DNA of 64,000 bases, from NCBI GenBank assembly GCA_964016885.1, contig OZ024740.1:23684001-23748000 (forward strand), read 5' to 3'. Under the pieces are notes generated by a model. It worked only from the letters and a program-made list of their open reading frames with translations, ran no database searches and had not been told where the DNA came from. Position numbers and translations under genes: made by a program. This document shows positions 11,101-26,770 of the stretch, piece after piece (the stretch's first letter is position 1; the number at the start of each line of letters is the position of its first letter). The DNA is from Eledone cirrhosa (taxonomy: Eukaryota).

Positions 11101-14100
11101 CGACAGATCTCCTGGTAGTTACAACAACATGGCTGACATATATAGCTTGTGTAGCTAGAGAAGGAAGCTGAGTCAACCAACAGACCAACTGGTAGTTACA
11201 ACAACATGGCTGACATATATATTTGTGTGGCTAGAGAAGGAAGCTGAGTCAACCAACAGACCAACTGGTACTTACAACAACATGGCTGACATATATAGCT
11301 TGTGCAGCTAGAGAAGGAAACTGAGTCAGTCAACAGAACAACTAGCAGTTACAATAACATGGCTGATATATATAGCTTGTGTTGCTAGAGAAGGAAACTG
11401 AGTCAGTCAACAGACCAACTGGTAGTTACAACAACATGGCTGACATATATAGCTTGTGTAGCTAGAGAAGGAAGCTGAGTCAACCAACAGACCAACTGGT
11501 AGTTACAACAACTTGGCTGACATATATATTTGTGTAGCTAGAGAAGGAAGCTGAGTCAACCAACAGACCAACTGGTACTTACAACAACATGGCTGACATA
11601 TATAGCTTGTGTAGCTAGAGAAGGAAGGTGACTCAGTCAACAGACCAACTAGTAGTTACAACAACATGGCTGACATATATAGCTTGTGTAGCTAGAGAAG
11701 GAAATTGAATGAACCGGCAGATCTACTGGTAGTTACAACAACATGGCTGACATATATAGCTTGTGTAGCTAGAGAAGGAAGCTGAGTCAACCAACAGACC
11801 AACTGGTAGTTACAACAACATGGCTGACATATATATTTGTGTGGCTAGAGAAGGAAGCTGAGTCAACCAACAGACCAACTGGTACTTACAACAACATGGC
11901 TGACATATATAGCTTGTGCAGCTAGAGAAGGAAACTGAGTCAGTCAACAGACCAACTAGCAGTTACAATAACATGGCTGATATATATATTTGTGTAGCTA
12001 GAGAAGGAAGCTGAGTCAACCAACAGACCAACTGGTAGTTACAACAACATGGCTCACATATATATCTTGTATAGCTAGAGAAGGAAGGTGAGTCACCCAA
12101 CAGACCAACTGGTAGTTAAAACAACATGGCTGAAATATATAGCTTGTTTAGCTAGAGAAGGAAGCTGAGTCTGTCAACAGACCAACTTGTAGTTACAACA
12201 TGGCTGACATATATAGCTTGTGTAGCTAGAGAAGGAAGATGAGTCAGTCAACAGACCAACTTGTAGTTACAACAACATGGCTGACATATATATCTTGTGT
12301 AGCTAGAGAAGGAAGCTGAGTCAACCAACAGTCCAACTGGTAGTTACAGCAATATGGCTGACATATATAGCTTGTGTAGCTATAGAAGGAATCTGAGTCA
12401 TTTAACAGACCAACTAGTAGTTACAACAACATGGTTGACATATATAGCTTGTGTAGCTAGAAAAGGTAGCTGAGTCAGTAAACAGGCGCACTAGGTAGTT
12501 ACAACAACATGGCTGACATATATATCTTGAGCAGCTAGAGAAGGAAGCTGAGTCAGTCAACAGACCAACTAGTAGTTATAACAACATGGCTGACATATAT
12601 AGCTTGTGTAGCTAGAGAAGGAAGCTGACTCAGTCTAGAGACCAACTAGTAGTTAAAAGAACATGGCTGACATATATAGCTTGTGTAGCTAGAGAAGGAA
12701 ACTGAGTCAGTCAACAGACCAACTCGTAGTTACAACAACTTGGCTGACATATATAGCTTGTTTAGCTAGAGAAGGAAGCTGAGTCAGTCAACAGACCAAC
12801 TGGTAGTTACAACAACATACCTGACATATATAGCTTGTGTAGCTAGAGAAGGAAGCTGAGTCAACCAACAGACCAACTTGTCGTTACAACAACTTGGCTG
12901 ACATATATATCTTGTGTAGCTAGAGAAGGAAGCTGAGTCAACCAACAGACCAAATGGTAGTTACAACAACATGGCTGACATATATAGCTTGTGTAGCTAG
13001 AGAAGGAAGCTGAGTCAACCAACAGACCAACTGGTAGTTACAACAACATGGCTGACATATATAGCTTGTGTAGCTTGAGAAGGAATCTGAGTCATTTAAC
13101 AGACCAACTAGTAGTTACAACAACATGGTTGACATATATAGCTTGTGTAGCTAGAGAAGGTAGCTGAGTCAGTAAACAGGCGCACTAGTAGTTACAACAA
13201 CATGGCTGACATATACATCTTGAGCAGCTAGAGAAGGAAGCTGAGTCATTCAACAGACCAACAGGTAGTTACAACATCATGGCTGACATATATATTTGTG
13301 TAGCTAGAGAAAGAAGCTGAGTCAACCAACAGACCAACTGGTACTTACAACAACATGGCTGACATGTATAGCTTGTGTAGCTAGAGAAGGAAGCTGAGTC
13401 AGTCAACAGACCAAATGGTAGATACAACAACATGGCTGACATATATAGCTTGTGTAGCTAGAGAAGGAAGCTGAGTCAACCAACAGACCAACTAGTAGTT
13501 ACAACAACATGGCTGACATATGTAGCTTGTGTAGCTAGAGAAGGAATCTGAGTCAACCAACAGACCAACTGGTACTTACAACAACATGGCTGACATATAT
13601 ATTTGTGTGGCTAGAGAAGGAAGCTAAGTCAACCAACACACCAACTGGTACTTACAACAACATGGCTGACATATATAGCTTGTGCAGCTAGAGAAGGAAA
13701 CTGAGTCAGTCAACAGACCAACTAGCAGTTACAATAACATGGCTGATATATATAGCTTGTGTAGCTAGAGAAGAAAGCTGAGTCAGTCAACAGACCAGCT
13801 AGTAGTTACAACAACATGGCTGACATATATAGCTTGTGTAGCTAGAGAAGGAAGCTGAGTCAACCAACAGACCTACTGGTAGTTACAACAACATGGCTGA
13901 TATATATAGCTTGTGTAGCTAGAGAAGGAAGCTGAGTCAACCAACAGACCAACTGGTACTTACAACAACATGGCTGACATATATAGCTTGTGTAGCTAGA
14001 GAAGGAAGCTGAGTCAACCAACAGACCAACTGGTACTTACAACAAAATGGCTGACATATATAGCTTGTGTAGCTAGAGAAGGAAGCTGAGTCAGTCTCAC

Positions 14101-17100
14101 AGACCAACTGGTACTTACAACAACATGGCTGACATATATAGCTTGTGTAGCTAGAGAAGGAAGCTGAGTCAACCAACAGACCAACTGGTAGTTACAACAA
14201 CTTGGCTGACATATATAGCTTGTGTAGCTAGAGAAGGAAGCTGAGTCAACCAACAGACCAACTGGTAGTTACAACAACATGGCTGACATATATATTTGTG
14301 TAGCTAGAGAAGGAAGCTGATTCAACCAACAGACCAACTTGCAGTTACAACTACATGGCTGACATATATATCTTGTGTAGCTAGAGAAGGAAGCTGAGTC
14401 AACCAACAGACCAACTGGTAGTTACAACAACATGGCTGACATAGATAGCTTGTGTAGCTAGAGAAGGAAGCTGAGTCAACCAACAGACCAACTGATAGTT
14501 ACAACAACATGGCTGACATATATAGCTTGTGTAGCTAGAGAAGGTAGCTGAGTCAGTAAACAGGCGCACTAGTAGTTACAACAACATGGCTGACATATAT
14601 ATCTTGAGCAGCTAGAGAAGGAAGCTGAGTCAGTCAACAGACCAACTGGTAGTTACAACAACATGGCTGACATATATATTTGTGTAGCTAGAGAAAGAAG
14701 CTGAGTCAACCAACAGACCAACTGGTACTTACAACAACATAGCTGACATGTATAGCTTGTGTAGCTAGAGAAGGAAGCTGAGTCAGTCAACAGACCAACT
14801 GGTAGATACAACAACATGGCTGACATATATAGCTTGTGTAGCTAGAGAAGGAAGCTGAGTCAACCAACAGACCAACTGGTACTTACAACAACATGGCTGA
14901 TATATATAGCTTGTGTAGCTAGAGAAGGAAGGTGACTCAGTCAACAGACCAACTAGTAGTTACAACAACATGGCTGACATATATAGCTTGTGTAGCTAGA
15001 GAAGGAAACTGAATGAACCGACAGATCTCCTGGTAGTTACAACAACATGGCTGACATATATAGCTTGTGTAGCTAGAGAAGGAAGCTGAGTCAACCAACA
15101 GACCAACTGGTAGTTACAACAACATGGCTGACATATATATTTGTGTGGCTAGAGAAGGAAGCTGAGTCAACCAACAGACCAACTGGTACTTACAACAACA
15201 TGGCTGACATATATAGCTTGTGCAGCTAGAGAAGGAAACTGAGTCAGTCAACAGACCAACTAGCAGTTACAATAACATGGCTGATATATATAGCTTGTGT
15301 TGCTAGAGAAGGAAACTGAGTCAGTCAACAGACCAACTGGTAGTTACAACAACATGGCTGACATATATAGCTTGTGTAGCTAGAGAAGGAAGCTGAGTCA
15401 ACCAACAGACCAACTGGTAGTTACAACAACTTGGCTGACATATATATTTGTGTAGCTAGAGAAGGAAGCTGAGTCAACCAACAGACCAACTGGTACTTAC
15501 AACAACATGGCTGACATATATAGCTTGTGTAGCTAGAGAAGGAAGGTGACTCAGTCAACAGACCAACTAGTAGTTACAACAACATGGCTGACATATATAG
15601 CTTGTGTAGCTAGAGAAGGAAATTGAATGAACCGACAGATCTACTGGTAGTTACAACAACATGGCTGACATATATAGCTTGTGTAGCTAGAGAAGGAAGC
15701 TGAGTCAACCAACAGACCAACTGGTAGTTACAACAACATGGCTGACATATATATTTGTGTGGCTAGAGAAGGAAGCTGAGTCAACCAACAGACCAACTGG
15801 TACTTACAACAACATGGCTGACATATATAGCTTGTGCAGCTAGAGAAGGAAACTGAGTCAGTCAACAGACCAACTAGCAGTTACAATAACATGGCTGATA
15901 TATATATTTGTGTAGCTAGAGAAGGAAGCTGAGTCAACCAACAGACCAACTGGTAGTTACAACAACATGGCTCACATATATATCTTGTATAGCTAGAGAA
16001 GGAAGGTGAGTCACCCAACAGACCAACTGGTAGTTAAAACAACATGGCTGAAATATATAGCTTGTTTAGCTAGAGAAGGAAGCTGAGTCTGTCAACAGAC
16101 CAACTTGTAGTTACAACATGGCTGACATATATAGCTTGTGTAGCTAGAGAAGGAAGATGAGTCAGTCAACAGACCAACTTGTAGTTACAACAACATGGCT
16201 GACATATATATCTTGTGTAGCTAGAGAAGGAAGCTGAGTCAACCAACAGTCCAACTGGTAGTTACAGCAATATGGCTGACATATATAGCTTGTGTAGCTA
16301 TAGAAGGAATCTGAGTCATTTAACAGACCAACTAGTAGTTACAACAACATGGTTGACATATATAGCTTGTGTAGCTACAAAAGGTAGCTGAGTCAGTAAA
16401 CAGGCGCACTAGTAGTTACAACAACATGGCTGACATATATATCTTGAGCAGCTAGAGAAGGAAGCTGAGTCAGTCAACAGACCAACTAGTAGTTACAACA
16501 ACATGGCTGACATATATATTTGTGTAGCTTGAGAAGGAAGCTGAGTCAACCAACAGACCAACTGGTACTTACAACAACATGGCTGACATGTATAGCTTGT
16601 GTAGCTAGAGAAGGAAGCTGAGTCAGTCAACAGACCAACTAGTAGTTATAACAACATGGCTGACATATATAGCTTGTGTAGCTAGAGAAGGAAGCTGAGT
16701 CAGTCAACAGACCAACTAGTAGTTACAACAACATGGCTGACATATATAGCTTGTGTAGCTTGAGAAGGAATCTGAGTCATTTAACAGACCAACTAGTAGT
16801 TACAACAACATGGTTGACATATATAGCTTGTGTAGCTAGAGAAGGTAGCTGAGTCAGTAAACAGGCGCACTAGTAGTTACAACAACATGGCTGACATATA
16901 CATCTTGAGCAGCTAGAGAAGGAAGCTGAGTCATTCAACAGACCAACTGGTAGTTACAACATCATGGCTGACATATATATTTGTGTAGCTAGAGAAAGAA
17001 GCTGAGTCAACCAACAGACCAACTGGTACTTACAACAACATGGCTGACATGTATAGCTTGTGTAGCTAGAGAAGGAAGCTGAGTCAGTCAACAGACCAAA

Positions 17101-20100
17101 TGGTAGATACAACAACATGGCTGACATATATAGCTTGTGTAGCTAGAGAAGGAAGCTGAGTCAACCAACAGACCAACTAGTAGTTACAACAACATGGCTG
17201 ACATATGTAGCTTGTGTAGCTAGAGAAGGAAGCTGAGTCAACCAACAGACCAACTGGTAGTTACAACAACATGGCTGACATATATAGCTTGTGTAGCTAG
17301 AGAAGGAAGCTGAGTCAACCAACAGACCAACTGGTAGTTACAACAACATGGCTGACATATATAGCTTGTGTAGCTAGAGAAGGAAGCTGAGTCAACCAAC
17401 AGACCAACTGGTAGTTACAACAACATGGCTGACATATATAGCTTGTGTAGCTTGAGAAGGAATCTGAGTCAACCAACAGACCAACTGGTACTTACAACAA
17501 CATGGCTGACATATATAGCTTGTGTAGCTAGAGAAGGAAGGTGACTCAGTCAACAGACCAACTAGTAGTTACAACAACATGGCTGACATATATAGCTTGT
17601 GTAGCTAGAGAAGGAAACTGAGTCAGTCAACAGACCAACTAGCAGTTACAATAACATGGCTGATATATATAGCTTGTGTAGCTAGAGAAGGAAGCTGAAT
17701 GAATCGACAGATCTACTGGTAGTTACAACAACATGGCTGACATATATATTTGTGTGGCTAGAGAAGGAAGCTAAGTCAGTCAACAGACCAACTGGTAGTT
17801 ACAACAACATGGCTGGCATATATAGCTTGTGTAGCTAGAGAAGGAAGCTGAGTCAACCAACAGACCAACTGGTAGTTACAACAACTTGGCTGACATATAT
17901 ATTTGTGTAGCTAGAGAAGGAAGGTGAGTCACCCAACAGACCAACTGGTAGTTACAACATGGCTGAAATATATAGCTTGTTTAGCTAGAGAAGGAAGCTG
18001 AGTCTGTCAACAGACCAACTTGTAGTTACAACATGGCTGAAATATATAGCTTGTGTAGCTAGAGAAGGAAGATGAGTCAGTCAACAGACCAACTTGTAGT
18101 TACAACAACATGGCTGACATATATATCTTGTGTAGCTAGAGAAGGAAGCTGAGTCAACCAACAGTCCAACTGGTAGTTACAGCAATATGGCTGACATATA
18201 TAGCTTGTGTAGCTATAGAAGGAATCTGAGTCATTTAACAGACCAACTAGTAGTTACAACAACATGGTTGACATATATATTTGTGTAGCTAGAGAAGGTA
18301 GCTGAGTCAGTAAACAGGCGCACTAGTAGTTACAACAACATGGCTGACATATATATCTTGAGCAGCTAGAGAAGGAGGCTGAGTCAGTCAACAGACCAAC
18401 TAGTAGTTACAACAACATGGCTGACATATATATTTGTGTAGCTTGAGAAGGAAGCTGAGTCAACCAACAGACCAACTGGTACTTACAACAACATGGCTGA
18501 CATGTATAGCTTGTGTAGCTAGAGAAGAAAGCTGAGTCAGTCAACAGACCAGCTAGTAGTTACAACAACATGGCTGACATATATAGCTTGTGTAGCTAGA
18601 GAAGGAAGCTGAGTCAACCAACAGACCTACTGGTAGTTACAACAACATGGCTGATATATATAGCTTGTGTAGCTAGAGAAGGAAGCTGAGTCAACCAACA
18701 GACCAACTGGTACTTACAACAACATGGCTGACATATATAGCTTGTGTAGCTAGAGAAGGAAGCTGAGTCAACCAACAGACCAACTGGTACTTACAACAAA
18801 ATGGCTGACATATATAGCTTGTGTAGCTAGAGAAGGAAGCTGAGTCAGTCTCACAGACCAACTGGTACTTACAACAACATGGCTGACATATATAGCTTGT
18901 GTAGCTAGAGAAGGAAGCTGAGTCAACCAACAGACCAACTGGTAGTTACAACAACTTGGCTGACATATATAGCTTGTGTAGCTAGAGAAGGAAGCTGAGT
19001 CAACCAACAGACCAACTGGTAGTTACAACAACATGGCTGACATATATAGTTGTGTAGCTAGAGAAGGAAGCTGATTCAACCAACAGACCAACTTGCAGTT
19101 ACAACTACATGGCTGACAATATATCTTGTGTAGCTAGAGAAGGAAGCTGAGTCAACCAACAGACCAACTGGTAGTTACAACAACATGGCTGACATAGATA
19201 GCTTGTGTAGCTAGAGAAGGAAGCTGAGTCAACCAACAGACCAACTGATAGTTACAACAACATGGCTGACATATATAGCTTGTGTAGCTAGAGAAGGTAG
19301 CTGAGTCAGTAAACAGGCGCACTAGTAGTTACAACAACATGGCTGACATATATATCTTGAGCAGCTAGAGAAGGAAGCTGAGTCAGTCAACAGACCAACT
19401 GGTAGTTACAACAACATGGCTGACATATATATTTGTGTAGCTAGAGAAAGAAGCTGAGTCAACCAACAGACCAACTGGTACTTACAACAACATAGCTGAC
19501 ATGTATCGCTTGTGTAGCTAGAGAAGGAAGCTGAGTCAGTCAACAGACCAACTGGTAGATACAACAACATGGCTGACATATATAGCTTGTGTAGCTAGAG
19601 AAGGAAGCTGAGTCAACCAACAGACCAACTGGTACTTACAACAACATGGCTGATATATATAGCTTGTGTAGCTAGAGAAGGAAGGTGACTCAGTCAACAG
19701 ACCAACTAGTAGTTACAACAACATGGCTGACATATATAGCTTGTGTAGCTAGAGAAGGAAACTGAATGAACCGACAGATCTCCTGGTAGTTACAACAACA
19801 TGGCTGACATATATAGCTTGTGTAGCTAGAGAAGGAAGCTGAGTCAACCAACAGACCAACTGGTAGTTACAACAACATGGCTGACATATATATTTGTGTG
19901 GCTAGAGAAGGAAGCTGAGTCAACCAACAGACCAACTGGTACTTACAACAACATGGCTGACATATATAGCTTGTGCAGCTAGAGAAGGAAACTGAGTCAG
20001 TCAACAGACCAACTAGCAGTTACAATAACATGGCTGATATATATAGCTTGTGTTGCTAGAGAAGGAAACTGAGTCAGTCAACAGACCAACTGGTAGTTAC

Positions 20101-23100
20101 AACAACATGGCTGACATATATAGCTTGTGTAGCTAGAGAAGGAAGCTGAGTCAACCAACAGACCAACTGGTAGTTACAACAACTTGGCTGACATATATAT
20201 TTGTGTAGCTAGAGAAGGAAGCTGAGTCAACCAACAGACCAACTGGTACTTACAACAACATGGCTGACATATATAGCTTGTGTAGCTAGAGAAGGAAGGT
20301 GACTCAGTCAACAGACCAACTAGTAGTTACAACAACATGGCTGACATATATAGCTTGTGTAGCTAGAGAAGGAAATTGAATGAACCGACAGATCTACTGG
20401 TAGTTACAACAACATGGCTGACATATATAGCTTGTGTAGCTAGAGAAGGAAGCTGAGTCAACCAACAGACCAACTGGTAGTTACAACAACATGGCTGACA
20501 TATATATTTGTGTGGCTAGAGAAGGAAGCTGAGTCAACCAACAGACCAACTGGTACTTACAACAACATGGCTGACATATATAGCTTGTTTAGCTAGAGAA
20601 GGAAACTGAGTCAGTCAACAGACCAACTAGCAGTTACAATAACATGGCTGATATATATATTTGTGTAGCTAGAGAAGGAAGCTGAGTCAACCAACAGACC
20701 AACTGGTAGTTACAACAACATGGCTCACATATATATCTTGTATAGCTAGAGAAGGAAGGTGAGTCACCCAACAGACCAACTGGTAGTTAAAACAACATGG
20801 CTGAAATATATAGCTTGTTTAGCTAGAGAAGGAAGCTGAGTCTGTCAACAGACCAACTTGTAGTTACAACATGGCTGACATATATAGCTTGTGTAGCTAG
20901 AGAAGGAAGATGAGTCAGTCAACAGACCAACTTGTAGTTACAACAACATGGCTGACATATATATCTTGTGTAGCTAGAGAAGGAAGCTGAGTCAACCAAC
21001 AGTCCAACTGGTAGTTACAGCAATATGGCTGACATATATAGCTTGTGTAGCTATAGAAGGAATCTGAGTCATTTAACAGACCAACTAGTAGTTACAACAA
21101 CATGGTTGACATATATAGCTTGTGTAGCTAGAAAAGGTAGCTGAGTCAGTAAACAGGCGCACTAGGTAGTTACAACAACATGGCTGACATATATATCTTG
21201 AGCAGCTAGAGAAGGAAGCTGAGTCAGTCAACAGACCAACTAGTAGTTATAACAACATGGCTGACATATATAGCTTGTGTAGCTAGAGAAGGAAGCTGAC
21301 TCAGTCTAGAGACCAACTAGTAGTTAAAAGAACATGGCTGACATATATAGCTTGTGTAGCTAGAGAAGGAAACTGAGTCAGTCAACAGAGCAACTCGTAG
21401 TTACAACAACTTGGCTGACATATATAGCTTGTTTAGCTAGAGAAGGAAGCTGAGTCAGTCAACAGACCAACTGGTAGTTACAACAACATACCTGACATAT
21501 ATAGCTTGTGTAGCTAGAGAAGGAAGCTGAGTCAACCAACAGACCAACTTGTCGTTACAACAACTTGGCTGACATATATATCTTGTGTAGCTAGAGAAGG
21601 AAGCTGAGTCAACCAACAGACCAAATGGTAGTTACAACAACATGGCTGACATATATAGCTTGTGTAGCTAGAGAAGGAAGCTGAGTCAACCAACAGACCA
21701 ACTGGTAGTTACAACAACATGGCTGACATATATAGCTTGTGTAGCTTGAGAAGGAATCTGAGTCATTTAACAGACCAACTAGTAGTTACAACAACATGGT
21801 TGACATATATAGCTTGTGTAGCTAGAGAAGGTAGCTGAGTCAGTAAACAGGCGCACTAGTAGTTACAACAACATGGCTGACATATACATCTTGAGCAGCT
21901 AGAGAAGGAAGCTGAGTCATTCAACAGACCAACAGGTAGTTACAACATCATGGCTGACATATATATTTGTGTAGCTAGAGAAAGAAGCTGAGTCAACCAA
22001 CAGACCAACTGGTACTTACAACAACATGGCTGACATGTATAGCTTGTGTAGCTAGAGAAGGAAGCTGAGTCAGTCAACAGACCAAATGGTAGATACAACA
22101 ACATGGCTGACATATATAGCTTGTGTAGCTAGAGAAGGAAGCTGAGTCAACCAACAGACCAACTAGTAGTTACAACAACATGGCTGACATATGTAGCTTG
22201 TGTAGCTAGAGAAGGAATCTGAGTCAACCAACAGACCAACTGGTACTTACAACAACATGGCTGACATATATAGCTTGTGTAGCTAGAGAAGGAAGGTGAC
22301 TCAGTCAACAGACCAACTAGTAGTTACAACAACATGGCTGACATATATAGCTTGTGTAGCTAGAGAAGGAAACTGAGTCAGTCAACAGACCAACTAGCAG
22401 TTACAATAACATGGCTGATATATATAGCTTGTGTAGCTAGAGAAGGAAGCTGAATGAATCGACAGATCTACTGGTAGTTACAACAACATGGCTGACATAT
22501 ATATTTGTGTGGCTAGAGAAGGAAGCTAAGTCAACCAACACACCAACTGGTACTTACAACAACATGGCTGACATATATAGCTTGTGCAGCTAGAGAAGGA
22601 AACTGAGTCAGTCAACAGACCAACTAGCAGTTACAATAACATGGCTGATATATATAGCTTGTGTAGCTAGAGAAGAAAGCTGAGTCAGTCAACAGACCAG
22701 CTAGTAGTTACAACAACATGGCTGACATATATAGCTTGTGTAGCTAGAGAAGGAAGCTGAGTCAACCAACAGACCTACTGGTAGTTACAACAACATGGCT
22801 GATATATATAGCTTGTGTAGCTAGAGAAGGAAGCTGAGTCAACCAACAGACCAACTGGTACTTACAACAACATGGCTGACATATATAGCTTGTGTAGCTA
22901 GAGAAGGAAGCTGAGTCAACCAACAGACCAACTGGTACTTACAACAAAATGGCTGACATATATAGCTTGTGTAGCTAGAGAAGGAAGCTGAGTCAGTCTC
23001 ACAGACCAACTGGTACTTACAACAACATGGCTGACATATATAGCTTGTGTAGCTAGAGAAGGAAGCTGAGTCAACCAACAGACTAACTGGTAGTTACAAC

Positions 23101-25500
23101 AACTTGGCTGACATATATAGCTTGTGTAGCTAGAGAAGGAAGCTGAGTCAACCAACAGACCAACTGGTAGTTACAACAACATGGCTGACATATATATTTG
23201 TGTAGCTAGAGAAGGAAGCTGATTCAACCAACAGACCAACTTGCAGTTACAACTACATGGCTGACATATATATCTTGTGTAGCTAGAGAAGGAAGCTGAG
23301 TCAACCAACAGACCAACTGGTAGTTACAACAACATGGCTGACATAGATAGCTTGTGTAGCTAGAGAAGGAAGCTGAGTCAACCAACAGACCAACTGATAG
23401 TTACAACAACATGGCTGACATATATAGCTTGTGTAGCTAGAGAAGGTAGCTGAGTCAGTAAACAGGCGCACTAGTAGTTACAACAACATGGCTGACATAT
23501 ATATCTTGAGCAGCTAGAGAAGGAAGCTGAGTCAGTCAACAGACCAACTGGTAGTTACAACAACATGGCTGACATATATATTTGTGTAGCTAGAGAAAGA
23601 AGCTGAGTCAACCAACAGACCAACTGGTACTTACAACAACATAGCTGACATGTATAGCTTGTGTAGCTAGAGAAGGAAGCTGAGTCAGTCAACAGACCAA
23701 CTGGTAGATACAACAACATGGCTGACATATATAGCTTGTGTAGCTAGAGAAGGAAGCTGAGTCAACCAACAGACCAACTGGTACTTACAACAACATGGCT
23801 GATATATATAGCTTGTGTAGCTAGAGAAGGAAGGTGACTCAGTCAACAGACCAACTAGTAGTTACAACAACATGGCTGACATATATAGCTTGTGTAGCTA
23901 GAGAAGGAAACTGAATGAACCGACAGATCTCCTGGTAGTTACAACAACATGGCTGACATATATAGCTTGTGTAGCTAGAGAAGGAAGCTGAGTCAACCAA
24001 CAGACCAACTGGTAGTTACAACAACATGGCTGACATATATATTTGTGTGGCTAGAGAAGGAAGCTGAGTCAACCAACAGACCAACTGGTACTTACAACAA
24101 CATGGCTGACATATATAGCTTGTGCAGCTAGAGAAGGAAACTGAGTCAGTCAACAGACCAACTAGCAGTTACAATAACATGGCTGATATATATAGCTTGT
24201 GTTGCTAGAGAAGGAAACTGAGTCAGTCAACAGACCAACTGGTAGTTACAACAACATGGCTGACATATATAGCTTGTGTAGCTAGAGAAGGAAGCTGAGT
24301 CAACCAACAGACCAACTGGTAGTTACAACAACTTGGCTGACATATATATTTGTGTAGCTAGAGAAGGAAGCTGAGTCAACCAACAGACCAACTGGTACTT
24401 ACAACAACATGGCTGACATATATAGCTTGTGTAGCTAGAGAAGGAAGGTGACTCAGTCAACAGACCAACTAGTAGTTACAACAACATGGCTGACATATAT
24501 AGCTTGTGTAGCTAGAGAAGGAAATTGAATGAACCGACAGATCTACTGGTAGTTACAACAACATGGCTGACATATATAGCTTGTGTAGCTAGAGAAGGAA
24601 GCTGAGTCAACCAACAGACCAACTGGTAGTTACAACAACATGGCTGACATATATATTTGTGTGGCTAGAGAAGGAAGCTGAGTCAACCAACAGACCAACT
24701 GGTACTTACAACAACATGGCTGACATATATAGCTTGTGCAGCTAGAGAAGGAAACTGAGTCAGTCAACAGACCAACTAGCAGTTACAATAACATGGCTGA
24801 TATATATATTTGTGTAGCTAGAGAAGGAAGCTGAGTCAACCAACAGACCAACTGGTAGTTACAACAACATGGCTCACATATATATCTTGTATAGCTAGAG
24901 AAGGAAGGTGAGTCACCCAACAGACCAACTGGTAGTTAAAACAACATGGCTGAAATATATAGCTTGTTTAGCTAGAGAAGGAAGCTGAGTCTGTCAACAG
25001 ACCAACTTGTAGTTACAACATGGCTGACATATATAGCTTGTGTAGCTAGAGAAGGAAGATGAGTCAGTCAACAGACCAACTTGTAGTTACAACAACATGG
25101 CTGACATATATATCTTGTGTAGCTAGAGAAGGAAGCTGAGTCAACCAACAGTCCAACTGGTAGTTACAGCAATATGGCTGACATATATAGCTTGTGTAGC
25201 TATAGAAGGAATCTGAGTCATTTAACAGACCAACTAGTAGTTACAACAACATGGTTGACATATATAGCTTGTGTAGCTAGAAAAGGTAGCTGAGTCAGTA
25301 AACAGGCGCACTAGTAGTTACAACAACATGGCTGACATATATATCTTGAGCAGCTAGAGAAGGAAGCTGAGTCAGTCAACAGACCAACTAGTAGTTACAA
25401 CAACATGGCTGACATATATATTTGTGTAGCTTGAGAAGGAAGCTGAGTCAACCAACAGACCAACTGGTACTTACAACAACATGGCTGACATGTATAGCTT
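8200..25500. repeat. Large tandem duplication (about 8.2-16.7 kb vs about 16.7-25.5 kb; offset 8518-8902 bp), each copy containing two related ~4-kb sub-blocks
   Basis: Markers: atgaatcgac 9181/17699 (+8518), tcagtctcac 10250/18845 (+8595), aacaggcgcactaggtag 12481/21152 (+8671), agttaaaaga 12651/21322 (+8671), aagctaagtcaaccaacac 13621/22523 (+8902). The tcagtctcac insertion occurs four times (10250, 14091, 18845, 22993). Confidence 0.9.
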
Positions 25501-25779
25501 GTGTAGCTAGAGAAGAAAGCTGAGTCAGTCAACAGACCAACTCGTAGTTACAACAACATGGCTGACATATATAGCTTGTGTAGCTAGAGAAGGAAGCTGA
25601 GTCAACCAACAGACCAACTGGTACTTACAACAACATGGCTGACATATATAGCTTCTGTAGCTAGAGAAGGAAGCTGAGTCAGTCAACAGACCAGCTAGTA
25701 GTTACAACAACATGGCTGACATATATAGCTTGTGTAGCTAGAGAAGGAAGCTGAGTCAACCAACAGACCAACTGGTATT

Positions 25780-26770
25780 TACAACAACATGGCTGACATA
25801 TATAGCTTGTGTAGCTAGAGAAGGAAGCTGAGTCAACCAACAGACCAACTGGTACTTACAACAACATGGCTGACATATATAGCTTGTGTAGCTAGAGAAG
25901 GAAGCTGACTCAGTCAAGAGACCAACTAGTAGTTAAAACAACATGGCTGACATATATAGCTTTTGTAGCTTGAGAAGGAAACTGAGTCAGTCAACAGACC
26001 AACTGGTAGTTACAACAACTTGGCTGACATATATAGCTTGTGTAGCTAGAGAAGGAAGCTGAGTCAACCAACAGACCAACTGGTAGTTACAACAACATGG
26101 CTGACATATATATTTGTGTAGCTAGAGAAGGAAGCTGATTCAACCAACAGACCAACTTGTAGTTACAACTACATGGCTGACATATATATCTTGTGTAGCT
26201 AGAGAAGGAAGCTGAGTCAACCAACAGACCTACTGGTAGTTACAACAACATGGTTGACATATATAGCTTGTGTAGCTAGAGAAGGAAGCTGAGTTAACCA
26301 ACAGACCAACTGTTACTTACAACAACATGGCTGACATATATAGCTTGTGTAGCTAGAGAAGGAAGCTGAGTCAACCAACAGACCAACTGGTACTTACAAC
26401 AACATGGCTGACATATATAGCTTGTGTAGCTAGAGAAGGAAGCTGACTCAGTCAAGAGACCAACTAGTAGTTAAAACAACATGGCTGACATATATAGCTT
26501 TTGTAGCTTGAGAAGGAAACTGAGTCAGTCAACAGACCAACTGGTAGTTACAACAACTTGGCTGACATATATAGCTTGTGTAGCTAGAGAAGGAAGCTGA
26601 GTCAACCAACAGACCAACTGGTAGTTACAACAACATGGCTGACATATATATTTGTGTAGCTAGAGAAGGAAGCTGATTCAACCAACAGACCAACTTGTAG
26701 TTACAACTACATGGCTGACATATATATCTTGTGTAGCTAGAGAAGGAAGCTGAGTCAACCAACAGACCAA
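25780..26770. repeat. Local duplication with 7-monomer period (538 bp)
   Basis: agctgactcagtcaagag occurs at 25903 and 26441. Each is followed by the same ordered variants (ttaaaac, cttttgtagcttgag, aacttgg, tatttgtg, gattc, acttgt, aactac). Confidence 0.85.
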
